A DNA stretch of 64,000 nt from an uncultured virus (IMG/VR IMGVR_UViG_3300042898_006229) (lineage: Duplodnaviria; Heunggongvirae; Uroviricota; Caudoviricetes): IMG/VR virus record IMGVR_UViG_3300042898_006229. One strand, 5' to 3'. The notes under the pieces were generated by a model. That model did no database searches and had not been told where the DNA came from. It was given only the letters and a program-made list of their open reading frames with translations. Shown here one piece after another: positions 50,036-62,800 of the stretch. A program made the translations under genes and the position numbers. How positions within the stretch are numbered: position 1 is the stretch's first letter; each line of letters opens with the position of its first letter.

Positions 50036-51001
50036 ATGAATCTACAAATAGAAAACAATAAACCAACAGTAAATATAATTGATGATGAAAATATTTTATC
50101 ATTTGAGTTCACATCTTTTGATAAAAACTATCTAGTAAATAATAATGAGAGTAGCATAAGATTATTGCTGAAGAAGCAAACTGTTGTTAATTTGAATATT
50201 TTAGAAAACTTTTTAGAAATAAATTTTGAGAAAGCGATTTCCTATGTTCAATTTATATCTATTAAGTTCAAGTTTGATTCTATTGTAGAGATTGATCCAA
50301 ATTATATAATTTTTTCAAGAGGAAATAAAGATTATGTAATTGATTTCTTGAACACAAAATATAGTTTTGAATCCAATGACACAATACTTGTTATATTAGA
50401 TAAGCCTGATAATAAAATTAAAGTATCTGAATTAAACTTTTTTGTAAAGAACTTTAGTTCTCAAAACTTCAAAGCTTTCAATGCGACTAATCCTTTCATC
50501 ATAGATGATACTTGTAAAATGCCTGAATTTTCAATTGGAAGTTATGATGATTCATCTTTGTCTATGCCAAGACCAGTTAGGCAAGGAAACCCTGTTATTT
50601 CCACTGTTCCAGCATTGATTGACTCAAACTCTTCAACAGATGATATTGAGTATTATAATAATGGAAATGGCCCTGTTTCCAAAACAATTTATTTTAAAAT
50701 AATTTGCAATACAATTATAGAAAATACACTTTCTGCTGGAGATGTTTCACCAAATTTACAACTCAAGATTTATCTTCCTAATGGGTTAGATACAGTCAAA
50801 GCACCAGTCTATGTTGATATGTATTTTGTTTCTGCTGACACAACAAATGATGTATCAGTGTATTCTGCTTCATACACTTTCTATAAGCAAGGCAGATACA
50901 ACAATATTGACTATGTAGATGGATTTATGTATTTCGATGTACATTGCCCATTAACTGTACAAAAATCAATACCTTTCCAGTTTGATTTTCAACTTTTATA
51001 G
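50036..51001 (+). CDS. Hypothetical protein
   Basis: 321-aa ORF inside the tail operon. Confidence 0.6.
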   Translation: MNLQIENNKPTVNIIDDENILSFEFTSFDKNYLVNNNESSIRLLLKKQTVVNLNILENFLEINFEKAISYVQFISIKFKFDSIVEIDPNYIIFSRGNKDYVIDFLNTKYSFESNDTILVILDKPDNKIKVSELNFFVKNFSSQNFKAFNATNPFIIDDTCKMPEFSIGSYDDSSLSMPRPVRQGNPVISTVPALIDSNSSTDDIEYYNNGNGPVSKTIYFKIICNTIIENTLSAGDVSPNLQLKIYLPNGLDTVKAPVYVDMYFVSADTTNDVSVYSASYTFYKQGRYNNIDYVDGFMYFDVHCPLTVQKSIPFQFDFQLL

Positions 51002-51058
51002 GGGCTACATCGGCTGGCAAAGAATATTTTAATATTCCCTGTTTAGCGGTGGTTACAA

Positions 51059-54000
51059 GTGCCATATAACGTTTCAATAATTTTACCCAATAATCTTACA
51101 AGTGGATATCTTCAATCTGAATTTATTAATCTAGGTGAACCTTACTCTAGCAATTCATATTCTAAAGATCCAACCCTTGACGATAATCAAAATACTCTAA
51201 CTTTTAGCTTTGAAGTGAGAGATAGTGGCACCCGTGAGCTTACCTACCTAAGAAGAATCAAAACTCTTTATCTTTCAAACGACCCAGAATTTGAACCTAC
51301 AGCAACAATAGCTATATCAAACTGGCCTTCAAGCTCTTATGTTTATGACCCGGATTTTGATTACGAATATACTTTAAATCCATTACATTTCTTTGACAAT
51401 ACTCTAAATCAAGGTACTATGGCAAATCCGGTAGCTGGAACTGGATTATTCAAGGTTTACAATTGGCCCTTGAGTGCATCAGGTGGTCTTTCAACTGTTT
51501 ATATGAAGGCCATTCTTGAAGGACCTAATGGCACTGATATTGAGTATCCAATGGGTTATGGTATTTTTGACCAAATCAGATGGGAAGGTCAAATTCCAGT
51601 AAATCCTGATTTTCCAGAAATTCCAAGTGCAAAATCTGGATTTGTTGGAAAAAATACACTCTTGTCATTTGCTAGTGGGAATCAAGTAGCAGCACAAACA
51701 GAATCTTCAGGAATTGGAAGATATTTAGCAAGTGTTTATGAAATTTCGAATACTGGCGGAACATATGATGCTTATTCAGCTCGTAATAGTGTAAAGAGAA
51801 CACTTATACCATCAGCATCCATAGCATCTACAACACTAAACACTTACAGATATTTTGATGGTAATTATTCTTCCTCATCACTTTCATTAGGTGCAAATAT
51901 TGGTCTTACAAGTGCTAGTTATGGTAAAGGTGCTTTTTTCTATAGCAGAACAAGATTAGCACCATCTACAAACAAGACTGACTTTTATTCACAAGCAGGC
52001 TTCTCTTTCACAACTTCTGGAGTTGCTGTAACTTCACAAGCATTTATGAAACTTTATGCTGCTCCAGACACTAGTGCAAATGGTAATGAAATTGTTTGTA
52101 GAGTTGACATACCTAATAATGACAATCCAATAGCATATCTTTACACAAGAATTAATGGATCAGATAGTGCAAGCAAGCAAACTACTACATTGCCTCACAG
52201 TGTTCTCCCATTACTTCAATCTGGTGGTGTTATGGAAATGTATTACTCATCTATGGGTACTACAAATCTATGTATGATAGAAGCTTATTACACACCGTAT
52301 TTAGATCAATCTGTAGCATCAAGAAAGAGTTATTTGTTAGGCAATGCTATTTTAACATCTTTTGGCAGTTCATCTGTGGGAAGTGCTTTTGGTTATCAAA
52401 TTTCGCAAGCTACAGGAACAACTTTTTCTGGTGGTTTAGTAGTTGAAGAATTATTCCTAGCTCAAGGAAAATCTAAACTTTCCATTGACATTGGTGATTG
52501 CACTAATGATGATATAGCAATAATCAATTCTCCACTAACAGAAATAGAATATGGCTGGAACGATTCTGTCAATGAAGATTTTATTGTTCTTACAGATGCT
52601 CCTTCTGCACTAACTTTCACAACAAATATTACATCAGAACTTTATGAGATAGATAAATTAGATAGTTCAAATTCGTATATCGTTCCTTTACATTACGAAC
52701 TGCAATTATATAAACCATCATTAAGTAACAGATGTAGATTTGAGTTAGCTTTCAAACACGGATCTGATGACGTATATGTTGCTTTTAGTTCAGTATCTTC
52801 ATTCAGATCTCATACACAAAATAATCTCACTGTAAATTGGGATAGACCATTTGGAGTAAGATGCGATGATGGTTTCGCTTATTCCGATGCTCCACTTGAT
52901 GCTCCAACTATCTTAGTTAAGTTCAGTGGTGAAAAGAATGAAATTTCTGTTTCTTATAGAACCGAAGATAATAAATTAAGAAGACAAGTTTTGAGATCTT
53001 ATCAACCTCAAACAGAAGTATCTAAATTCTTATTTGAAATAACAGATCAACTACCAAATTCTTACACAGGCAGATATAAGAACAAAACATCTACTGGAAC
53101 ATTTTTACTAGTCAAAGAAATTACCGGAAGTGGAATTAACATTGTTGGTGTAACTGATATGCTTTTACCCATCAATTCTAACGCTTCTGGACTAGGATAT
53201 TTTGCTGGCTTTGGCGTTAGAAAAAGCTCTTATAACAGTGATGGTTCAACTTATTTCCAAGATTTAAAATGGTCTGGAATCCCTAATGTTTACAAAGAGC
53301 AATTTGATAATGACAGCACAATCAAAACAACTCTTTTGTCAGATGAAGGTTTGACTAATTCCAAACACTATTTAGGTCAAAAATTATTAAGTGGTCTTAC
53401 TGACTTAATTGATTACCAATATGAGACAGCTAATACATTACCAAAATTAACCCTTGATGCTCAACAATATAGCTTTACTGCATTACCAAATTCTCCAACT
53501 TACTCCTCAAATAGATTAACTGCTGGAACTGCTGGTACATTACTTTTAAATGGAAGCTTTATCCGATCAACCACAGATTATATTTTTGTAGCTGGTCAGG
53601 CAACAACATCTCAAAATGGTGTTTATTATCAAACGAGAGTTGGCACAGCTTCAACTACATGGAGATTAGAAAGAGTTCCTCAGATGGACTCAAGTGAAGA
53701 AATTTATTCAGGTATGGTTGTAAGAATTCCAATTGATTATGATTATGCAAGTACAAAATGGTATTTGACAACACCAGATCCTATTACACTTGGAACTTCA
53801 AATTTATCATTTGCAGCAACACAGCCTGCAGTAGAGCAAATTTCATTAGCAACTACTGGAACAAATATCTCTATTGCCAATATAACATCTCTTACCATTG
53901 ACGGAACTTCATTATCTTCTTTAGCAGTTGGAAGTAAAATTCTTGTCAAAGATCAAATAGAGAACGCTGAAAATGGTGTTTACATAAAATCTGTCTCTGG

Positions 54001-55411
54001 TTTTGCCATTACTACCACAGGATATGATGTGCCTTTAAGAGTTATTAGTGGAACAATCAATGCTGATACAAATTGGTACAAATCTAATGTAACATTTAAT
54101 GGTAATTTAGTTGATAGATTTGTAAGCACAACTTTCTTCAAGTCAATTACTATTGGTGAGATTTCAAACTTTGTATCTTCAACAAAGCCAAAACTATTTG
54201 AGTTTAAATTACATTGGAATGCTAATGATAAATCTTTTCCGATGGAAGAACTCAAAGTAAGATTCTTTGGTAATATTGGTTCTTTACCAGATAATAGCAA
54301 TCCATTAACATCCTGGAAATCTGTTTCTTATAATCCATTTGTAGCTGGTTTTACTAATAGTCCAAATAATAATTTAGTTCAAGTGAAATTAAATGATTCA
54401 GATTGGAATAGCAATATTTCTCAATCTGATGTAATTTGGGTGGCAATTACAGTGCCATTAAATTCTGCACTTGGAAGAGCTAATGGCATAGAACTGTCTG
54501 ATGTTGACTATATTCAGAATGGGGAATTTACTGGCTACAGAAGAGCAAATAACCTTTGGCACAAACTTCATACTAAATATGAAGAAAAAGCAGTAAATTC
54601 TGCTCAAAACAATGCAATTCAATACAGAGTAAGAGCTGTTTCTCACGGAAATATTTCAAGCTATCCTACTAAATTAAGTAGTGCCTCAAAAGTAGATATC
54701 AATGCTCCATCTTATCTTGGAGATGTACCCAATATTTTAGTTGCTACAGAATCTACTTTAAGAATGGTTCAATTATCAATACAAGCAGAAGACAATGACT
54801 CTGGGATTCTTGCTTTTAGAGTAGGAAAAGAGATAGATAATTCTTTTATCAATTACACTACTTGGTTACCTTGGGATAAGTTTATAGTTAACAGCGAGAA
54901 TGAATATTATTTATATCTTTATGGTCATTTGAACTATTATGCTTTGGGTCCACAAAATACAGCATTCCAAAATCAAAACATTGGATTTTCTGGACAAAGA
55001 AAAATCTGGGTTCAACTAATGGACTATATGGGCAATGTGTCTGAATCAAATCCAATTAGTTTTGTTGCTACTTCTCAAGCTTTAGTAGATACACAAGAGC
55101 CATTTGGAGCAGTAAACTTTTTCAATCCTAAAACAAATCAAGAAACTTCAATATCTAACTTGCCAGAATCTTGGATGAAAATTGATGGTTTTGATCTAGT
55201 CACTGGTATCAAGGATTTCCAAATTAGAAGATTGTTAGACTCTGGAAATGGCGCTTGGTCAGAGTGGATACCTTATTCTCCATATGTAAAGGTTGATTTT
55301 ACAGGCGAAAGTGATGGAGTTAAGAAAGTTGAAATTAAATTTAGAGACTTTGGAAATAATATTACTCAACCTGAAGTTAAGTGGAATGCAATTAGGAGAC
55401 CAAAAGTATAA
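51059..55411 (+). CDS. Mosaic tail fibre/adhesin protein
   Basis: GTG start. Two fibre motifs (IFVAGQATTSQNGVY; ILVKDQIENAENGVY) and Ig-like units ending in RKIWVQLMDYMGN and KKVEIKFRDFGNN. Confidence 0.65.
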   Translation: MPYNVSIILPNNLTSGYLQSEFINLGEPYSSNSYSKDPTLDDNQNTLTFSFEVRDSGTRELTYLRRIKTLYLSNDPEFEPTATIAISNWPSSSYVYDPDFDYEYTLNPLHFFDNTLNQGTMANPVAGTGLFKVYNWPLSASGGLSTVYMKAILEGPNGTDIEYPMGYGIFDQIRWEGQIPVNPDFPEIPSAKSGFVGKNTLLSFASGNQVAAQTESSGIGRYLASVYEISNTGGTYDAYSARNSVKRTLIPSASIASTTLNTYRYFDGNYSSSSLSLGANIGLTSASYGKGAFFYSRTRLAPSTNKTDFYSQAGFSFTTSGVAVTSQAFMKLYAAPDTSANGNEIVCRVDIPNNDNPIAYLYTRINGSDSASKQTTTLPHSVLPLLQSGGVMEMYYSSMGTTNLCMIEAYYTPYLDQSVASRKSYLLGNAILTSFGSSSVGSAFGYQISQATGTTFSGGLVVEELFLAQGKSKLSIDIGDCTNDDIAIINSPLTEIEYGWNDSVNEDFIVLTDAPSALTFTTNITSELYEIDKLDSSNSYIVPLHYELQLYKPSLSNRCRFELAFKHGSDDVYVAFSSVSSFRSHTQNNLTVNWDRPFGVRCDDGFAYSDAPLDAPTILVKFSGEKNEISVSYRTEDNKLRRQVLRSYQPQTEVSKFLFEITDQLPNSYTGRYKNKTSTGTFLLVKEITGSGINIVGVTDMLLPINSNASGLGYFAGFGVRKSSYNSDGSTYFQDLKWSGIPNVYKEQFDNDSTIKTTLLSDEGLTNSKHYLGQKLLSGLTDLIDYQYETANTLPKLTLDAQQYSFTALPNSPTYSSNRLTAGTAGTLLLNGSFIRSTTDYIFVAGQATTSQNGVYYQTRVGTASTTWRLERVPQMDSSEEIYSGMVVRIPIDYDYASTKWYLTTPDPITLGTSNLSFAATQPAVEQISLATTGTNISIANITSLTIDGTSLSSLAVGSKILVKDQIENAENGVYIKSVSGFAITTTGYDVPLRVISGTINADTNWYKSNVTFNGNLVDRFVSTTFFKSITIGEISNFVSSTKPKLFEFKLHWNANDKSFPMEELKVRFFGNIGSLPDNSNPLTSWKSVSYNPFVAGFTNSPNNNLVQVKLNDSDWNSNISQSDVIWVAITVPLNSALGRANGIELSDVDYIQNGEFTGYRRANNLWHKLHTKYEEKAVNSAQNNAIQYRVRAVSHGNISSYPTKLSSASKVDINAPSYLGDVPNILVATESTLRMVQLSIQAEDNDSGILAFRVGKEIDNSFINYTTWLPWDKFIVNSENEYYLYLYGHLNYYALGPQNTAFQNQNIGFSGQRKIWVQLMDYMGNVSESNPISFVATSQALVDTQEPFGAVNFFNPKTNQETSISNLPESWMKIDGFDLVTGIKDFQIRRLLDSGNGAWSEWIPYSPYVKVDFTGESDGVKKVEIKFRDFGNNITQPEVKWNAIRRPKV

Positions 55412-58377
55412 TGGTGCCAACAATTTTTACAGCTAGTTGTTCTTGGAAAGGTCCTAACGATAGCGAAAAAATATTATACTTTTCTGGTATTACGAAGAAA
55501 AGATTTACCAACATATCTTTAGTTGATAGTTTAGATCCTGCTTACGCTGCTGGAACTGCTTTCAAACTTGTTGGCACCAATTCAAATGATTTAGGAAGAG
55601 TCTATAAAGTAAATTCACAAGACGAACTTACAGTCAACTCATCAGTAAATTATGGTGTAGACGATTACAAAAACTATCTTATTTTTGAAACACCTATTAA
55701 TTCTTCAACTATTAATGTAGTGCTAGATAAATATTATGCATCAATTCATACAGCAAATCTCGTATCATTTGAGAAAATAATTGATTTTTCAAACCAGGGT
55801 GAAAGAGCAATTACATCAATGGTTGCCGCTGATGATGGAATTTATTTATCTGGAGTCTCTGGAAAAATTTGGTTCTACAATGGTGAATATATCAGTGGTC
55901 CAGTATTTATTCTTCAAGAAAACAATGTAGATTTATCCGCTTCTACAATGATTTCACATAAATTTGAGCACGAAACTGAACCTTATTTGTATGTTGCATC
56001 TGATCAATTACCAAGATTGTTTAGATCAAAGTTGAGCGCTGCGTACAGTGGCAGTCAATGGGAACAAGTATATCCACTTGGAGAATTAGCTGCAGTTTCT
56101 GGTGGTATTCTCTCAATGGTATCAGCCTACAATAAATTATTTTTGGGATGTTTTGATAAAAAGATACACAGATATTCTAGAACACTCACAGTTTCATTAT
56201 CAGAGCCTACGAACCTGATTACAGAAGAAGTGATAATTAGGGAAAATGAAACTGAATCTTTAGAAACATCCACAATTATTTCAAATAATATTACTGATTA
56301 CGAAGCTTCAGATTTTGGTGTTAGATGTTTAGCAGTAGGAAAGAATCAAGTTCTTGCAGGCATTGATAAGAAGCCAGAAGTTTGGTCTTATTCTGAAATT
56401 CCATTATCTAATCCAGAGACTGACGAGAGTTGGACTTCAATAATTTTTGATGAAATTTTTATGAATGATCCTGCTCCGGCACAATTTTACTCTTATGATA
56501 GCAACACCTTATCTAGAAATGATGACAATGTAGCAATTGCAAGATTTCCAAAAGAAAATAATCATCAACAATATAATGAATTTTTAGTAATTAAAGGCAA
56601 TACAGTTTCTTCAACTGGCTCTACTGCTTATGGTTCTAGATTGTATGAAATTTCTGAAGGTTCTGATTGGGAACAACTTTTACGTGAAAATTTGCCAAGT
56701 CAAAATTATATTGATGTAAAATGTGCTTCTTGGGAACCTGTATCAAGCTGGAACAACTTCACTTCTTTAGATGGACACGACCTTATAGTTAATGACTTGT
56801 TCTTACTTAAGGATCAAACAGTATCTGGTACTAATGGAATTTACAATGGTATTTATGTATACAATGGTGTAAATAATACTCCATCATTGATAAATATTAC
56901 TCAATATATTGTTTCAGGCAGCATAGTTTTGGGATTTTACATAGAAACTGGCTACATAAATACTGGCAACAGATATTTATTGAATTATTCTAATTATTTA
57001 TTAACTGGTAATTTTATTGTTTATAAACCAAGCTACACTTTTGAAGCTAAAGTTATCAGCCTCAATACTAGCCAAGCTGCAACATCTTCTGATTTACGTA
57101 ATGAAACAACCTTGAATAGTTCAGAACAAATACCTACAAATTCATTAATTGGATATCAAGGCTTTCAAGTTGCGGATCTTTATGGACAATATTCAATAGA
57201 ATTTAATTCCACAACTTTGAAATTATCTAGTGGAATGAACACCGTAGAAAAAACTATTACCACTACAGGTTTGATAGCTGATTGGCAGTTCTATTCAATT
57301 GCAAGCGGTGTTATTTCTTCTGATGAACAATCTTGGGTAATTGGTAAGTTCATTACAGATTTGTCAGCAACAACAGAAACTAATTATGATATTTTCAATG
57401 ATGCATATGACAAGTATGTTTTGAAAATTACTCCAGCATTAACTGGAAATCCCTGTATCGTAATTGATAACTTGAGCTTGGATGTAGATTTAAATTCTGT
57501 AATTTCTATTCGTGTAAAAGCAAAGCCGAAATCAAAAACATTATGCCTTGGAAAGATTAAAGCTTATTGGGCTTATGATGGTGGAATTTTTAATATTAGT
57601 GCAGAAACATTAATGCACACTTCTGATGAATATATACAATATAAAATTTCACCAATCTGGAAAGGCACTATTGGTAAGCTACAAATAGAATTTGCAGATC
57701 TTCCAGAAAATAATGACAGACCTGATGAGATTGTAATTGACTTGATACAAATTCAATCAAATGAAGATGTATTCGATATCAACAATAAACTTTCTAAAAT
57801 TAGATGGATTGTAGAAGATAGAGACATTAAGATCTATCTTGGTCAACAAAAAAATCCATTTATTGAAAAGAAAAACTTTATATCTTTGGATACCTACAGC
57901 CCAAAATATTTAGAAGCTACTGCAAATGCTTATGATTATGATCATCCATATATCCAATTTGGGAAATTAAATAATGATGCTGGTGACTCTTTGGTGGGAT
58001 ATTCAGATGTTTCTTTCATCATTGGCGAAGCATATGAGCCTACAAATTCTAAGGTAATTGACTTTAACCAATCTGTTGTACTTCCTTCTACAGGTGGAGT
58101 CAGGTTATTTACTTACCACGATGGAACACTATATTGTGCTACTGATGGATTTATAAGCGACAAAATTTCTGAAAATCCAAACGATAGGCAAAGTAAGATT
58201 TTCTATTACAATTCAAATGCAGAAAGTTGGTTCTTGGAAGATATTACTTTTGAAAGAAAAAAAGTATTTGACAATGCTGGAAACTACACTTTGTACGGTG
58301 TTATTAGGCCATTGACAGCAATAAGTTATAAGGGCAAATTGTTTTTGAGCGGACACTACGGAAATATCAAACCATAA
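55411..58377 (+). CDS. Beta-propeller tail protein with inserted fibre and CBM-like segments
   Basis: Blades ([54 protein letters not shown]); '[16 protein letters not shown]'; '[12 protein letters not shown]...IVIDLIQI'. Confidence 0.55.
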   Translation: MVPTIFTASCSWKGPNDSEKILYFSGITKKRFTNISLVDSLDPAYAAGTAFKLVGTNSNDLGRVYKVNSQDELTVNSSVNYGVDDYKNYLIFETPINSSTINVVLDKYYASIHTANLVSFEKIIDFSNQGERAITSMVAADDGIYLSGVSGKIWFYNGEYISGPVFILQENNVDLSASTMISHKFEHETEPYLYVASDQLPRLFRSKLSAAYSGSQWEQVYPLGELAAVSGGILSMVSAYNKLFLGCFDKKIHRYSRTLTVSLSEPTNLITEEVIIRENETESLETSTIISNNITDYEASDFGVRCLAVGKNQVLAGIDKKPEVWSYSEIPLSNPETDESWTSIIFDEIFMNDPAPAQFYSYDSNTLSRNDDNVAIARFPKENNHQQYNEFLVIKGNTVSSTGSTAYGSRLYEISEGSDWEQLLRENLPSQNYIDVKCASWEPVSSWNNFTSLDGHDLIVNDLFLLKDQTVSGTNGIYNGIYVYNGVNNTPSLINITQYIVSGSIVLGFYIETGYINTGNRYLLNYSNYLLTGNFIVYKPSYTFEAKVISLNTSQAATSSDLRNETTLNSSEQIPTNSLIGYQGFQVADLYGQYSIEFNSTTLKLSSGMNTVEKTITTTGLIADWQFYSIASGVISSDEQSWVIGKFITDLSATTETNYDIFNDAYDKYVLKITPALTGNPCIVIDNLSLDVDLNSVISIRVKAKPKSKTLCLGKIKAYWAYDGGIFNISAETLMHTSDEYIQYKISPIWKGTIGKLQIEFADLPENNDRPDEIVIDLIQIQSNEDVFDINNKLSKIRWIVEDRDIKIYLGQQKNPFIEKKNFISLDTYSPKYLEATANAYDYDHPYIQFGKLNNDAGDSLVGYSDVSFIIGEAYEPTNSKVIDFNQSVVLPSTGGVRLFTYHDGTLYCATDGFISDKISENPNDRQSKIFYYNSNAESWFLEDITFERKKVFDNAGNYTLYGVIRPLTAISYKGKLFLSGHYGNIKP

Positions 58378-59894
58378 TGAGCGAAGATTTAAGAAATACA
58401 TTCATAGCTTTCAGTGGTGCTAGTCCTGGAATCTCTACAAGTTTAACCAATCTATCATACACCTCATTTGATGGAAAAAGAATTTATTTAAACTTTGAAG
58501 ACATAGATAGCACTGGTCTTGAACCTGCCACTGGATTGCAGCTAAGATTTTCTGTAACGAAAAAATTTGGAGCTATTGCAACTACTGTAACTCCTTCATC
58601 CACTTTTATTGATGCCAGTTCGCCAAAGACATTACAGTTAGTTTTAGCAGATTCAGACAGAATTGTAGATTCTTCTTATAATGGAAGTGGGGTAGCCTTA
58701 ACTGCTCAAACAGTATTTGTTTCTTATGACTCTACTGGATTTGGCAGCACAGTTACAAAATTATCTGACAACGATACACAAAAATCTTTTGTAACATCAT
58801 TTACAGGAGTAGGCATAACAAATCTTACCAAAGAAGCAAATGCCCCTCTATATAATTATTCAACCACAAGCACAGACGGAACAAAAGTTTACGTTTATTA
58901 CACAGAGGCTACTCTACCCCTTCTTCCAATTACTAGCATAAGTGGTTTTGCAGTAAGTCAGAACGGTTCTGGTATTGCAATTTCAAGTGCTTATGTTTTA
59001 GATCCAGCTAGCGCAACAAATGGCAAAGTGATTGTTCTTGATCTTAATTCCAGATTAGGAGTTGATGACTCAACCAATCCAGTTACTTTAACCTACACAC
59101 AGCCTATTTCTGATTTTTATAAAATTAAGGATAGTACTGGAACTGGCTTAACTTATGCTGTTTCTTTTGCCGGTAATGCAGTAACAAACTTAACAAGCAC
59201 TACATTTTTACCTAGAATTACTCAGGCTTACACTGGTACTGGAGTTTCTGGAAATATTGTTTATGTAAGAATGTCTACAACTACGACTCCAGCATCTCCT
59301 ACAGGCTTTGGAGTTTCATATACAAATGTTGCAAAAACAATTTCAAGTATTGGTGCTTCAGCTTTAGTATTTAGCGGAGTAGCAACAACAGTTTATCTAC
59401 TAACAATGTCTTCTTATTATGGACCTGAAGATATAGTCACAGTAAATTACACCCAGCCAGTTTCTAATTTTATAACTGATAGAACTACAAATGCTAATAA
59501 AGTTGCAAGTTTATCTACCCCAATAAGAGCTACAAATAGCTTGACAGATACAACTGCCCCAACATTAGACACAACAAATAGTTATATTGATAAAAATGGG
59601 CAAGATATTTACTTAAAATTCACAGAAAATAATTCAAGACCAATGTTGCCAGCTACAGGCATTCAAACATTTAATGTCTCAATAGATGGACAATTTACTT
59701 CTATCAAATCAGCAACAGGATTGGGAATTACTTTCTCAACAGATGTAAAGTTATCACTTTACAATAAAATAAATTTTAATAGCATAGTAAAAGTTGGTTA
59801 TAGTGGGGATGGCGGAGCTGCAGCATTGAAAGATAGTTCTAATAACTTTGTTGCAAATTTTGAACCGCTTTTAATATCAAATTATGGCGTATGA
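58377..59894 (+). CDS. SwmB-domain (SWM repeat) protein, four repeats
   Basis: Four units of DG..IYL.F.E.....P.....F.V....L.L....V.V.Y.....D......F....TN.T, e.g. DTTAPTL...[10 protein letters not shown]...FNVSIDG...VKVGY...LKDSSNN. Confidence 0.75.
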   Translation: MSEDLRNTFIAFSGASPGISTSLTNLSYTSFDGKRIYLNFEDIDSTGLEPATGLQLRFSVTKKFGAIATTVTPSSTFIDASSPKTLQLVLADSDRIVDSSYNGSGVALTAQTVFVSYDSTGFGSTVTKLSDNDTQKSFVTSFTGVGITNLTKEANAPLYNYSTTSTDGTKVYVYYTEATLPLLPITSISGFAVSQNGSGIAISSAYVLDPASATNGKVIVLDLNSRLGVDDSTNPVTLTYTQPISDFYKIKDSTGTGLTYAVSFAGNAVTNLTSTTFLPRITQAYTGTGVSGNIVYVRMSTTTTPASPTGFGVSYTNVAKTISSIGASALVFSGVATTVYLLTMSSYYGPEDIVTVNYTQPVSNFITDRTTNANKVASLSTPIRATNSLTDTTAPTLDTTNSYIDKNGQDIYLKFTENNSRPMLPATGIQTFNVSIDGQFTSIKSATGLGITFSTDVKLSLYNKINFNSIVKVGYSGDGGAAALKDSSNNFVANFEPLLISNYGV

Positions 59895-62800
59895 TAACTA
59901 CGGGTTTTTCGATCCTAAATATTGGAATGAAGCACTAAATAATAACACTTCAATAGGATACGAAATTGAGGATGAGACAACAGATATTTTTGTTAAGTCT
60001 GAATTCTATCCTAATGCCAGTGTTATTTATGATACTGTCCCACCTAAAGGCATTTTGATATTAAACAGAAAAGCTGATGATGTAGACCCTGGCATTAAAG
60101 TTCATTATTTTTCTGGAACTGGTTATTCTTCAATTACAACAGAATACACTGACACAACATCTTCATATTCATTTTCGCAGACTATAAATGCTTTCAAGAT
60201 AGTTTCTGATAAAGATCAAAACATATCAACAATTTTTCTAAAGTTGAAAAAAACTGGAAGCATTGTAAACTTGGGAGACAGAATCAATGTTGCAATTTAT
60301 TCTCAAGACGTTACAAATGATGCTCCTTCTACTCTCTTAGGATCATTTTCCAGCATTCAATTCAGTGACTTAACCACATCATTTGAGTCTTATTCATTCT
60401 CTAATACTGGGCTAACCTTAACAGCAGACACCACTTATTGGATTCATATCACTTTAGACAACCTACCAATACCAACTGTTGGAGCTGCTACAATTGATAT
60501 AGCTAACTTTGTTAACAATGATTCTGAATTTGCATATTATAATTCAACTGATTCAACTTGGGTAAGAATAGCAAATACTTCACCATATTATAAAATTACA
60601 GCATTTAACACAGCTTCATCAGAATTATCTTCAAAAGATTACTTGCTTGACATATTTGAAGTCCCATTAAAAGAAGTATCTGTTTATGGTGGTAGTTCGG
60701 ATCTTTCTAAATTTGAAGTGATAGGTAATGATCAAACAAATTACGTTTACAAAAAGTTTGATCCAGTTTATGAAGATCTTACAGATTCAGCAAATAATAT
60801 CTATCCAACAGTTACCAATTTAATTGTTGGAGCTACTGCAAAAAATACTAAAACATACAAATTACAAGTTAAGAGAACTAAAATATCAGATTGGGAAGAT
60901 ATTGTTGAAAATATTGCAGACCCAGAAACAACTGATTACCTAAGCTTTACTTTTACCACTCCATTATCTCTTTATGCTGCTAGAATTGCGTATCTTGGAG
61001 ATTACTTCACTATTGATCAAAGAGGCGACATAACTCTTGCTGCTTATGATCAATATTCTGATGTTGTTTCAGCACAAATTTCTAGATTTTCAGACTTCAG
61101 AGATGCCACTTCTTTCCCAAATGCAGATTCTAAAGGTTTTATAGATTTTTCTACTGGTGAAACAACTTATACTAACATTGATCTTACCAACGCTGCTTAT
61201 TTATGGTCGAAAAAGACTGGAAATGCTACATCTGAAATAACTGCTATCTCTGCATTCAATGACAAGATATTAATTGCAGCAAACCATAAAATGTTTGTTT
61301 ATAAGAGTGGAGAAGTTTATGAAATATTAAACGAATCTCTTTTAGGTGAAAAATATCAAATTACTTGCATCCACGTATTTAATGGAAGAGCTTATGCAGG
61401 AAGTAATTATGGTCTAGTCTTTACTTCTTTCAATGGTGAATTTTGGAGCATATTAAACGCAAAAGATCCACTTTCTACCACAAATTACAAGTTATTAAAG
61501 CCTATCGTTTCTATGACTTCTTTGGGAAATAATCTTTTCCTGGGATCTACTAAAGGCGCAACTAGTGCTTCTTCAGTCTATCAATACAATGGAAAAGCAA
61601 TTACAGAACTTAAGACTTTCTCTTCATATGATCAAGTTTCCGCTCTTACTGCAAAAGAATTTACTTTGTATGTTGGTGTTGGAGGAGCTTACGGCAGTGG
61701 AGCGTCAGCAGTATATAAATATTACAACGCTGAATGGGTACAAACATTATCTTCCAACTTTGACAATGTAGAGTGCATTGCTAAATCATCTACTAGAAAT
61801 TCTGTTTTAGTAGGATTTAGAGGCGGACAAATCTGGGAGTTATCTTTTACAAATGCAACAGCTAATTCTTGGGCTAAACTTTATGACACATATGCTGATC
61901 ATATTTTCAGTATATACGATGATCCAAATAGCAATTATATTTATATTAGCACTGACAATGGAACTTATGGATATTTTAAGTCAATAAATGGTTTTAAGAA
62001 AATTGTTTCTTATTCATACAACACCAATTTACTAAACTCAACTTGGAGATCTTACACTGGTTCTGGCATCACTTGGACAGATCTTGGAGACATTGAAAGC
62101 TACAATTTTATTGCTTATAGAGGTCAAGCCCAAGCGATAAATTACACAGGTGCAATTGGTAGTTCATTTGTTCCACCAACAGGATTTACAAATAGTTCTG
62201 TCACTTTTGAAGGTGCAGTTTTAGCTTCAAAAGACGGTGCTTTATCATTTAGAATAGACAGTAGTGTTGGATATAATTTATTTGTCAATGATACTTTGCA
62301 GATAAGTAATTACAATCAATCAACAATTTTATCAACACTTTATTCTGCAAATGCTTTCAATGTTCTTGAGGGTGATATCTTAAAAATCAAGCTACAAACA
62401 ACTAATAATGTTGGTTCTGGCACTACTTTTAAATTTTTATGGCAGAAAAATACTGGAGAAACTTTTGAGGCAGTCCCAGCTTCACAATTTTATGGCTCAA
62501 GTAAAATCAAGTCAGTAACAGCAATTGGTAATACATTTTATGGCGCTGGTATGGACGGTAGTATTTACGAATTCACAACTACCGCATATGAAAATAATAG
62601 TAGATACATTTATGCTAGATTTAAAGATCAAGCTGGAAACATTCAGGGTGTATCTCTACCAGCAAACTCAAGTGGATTCCCTGTTATCAGCGACAGAATG
62701 ATCCAAGTGGCTAATACTGCAAACAACACAAGTTCATTCATTCAATACACAAATACTACTGTTGTTTCAAATACAAATACGACAATCAACCCTGTAACTG

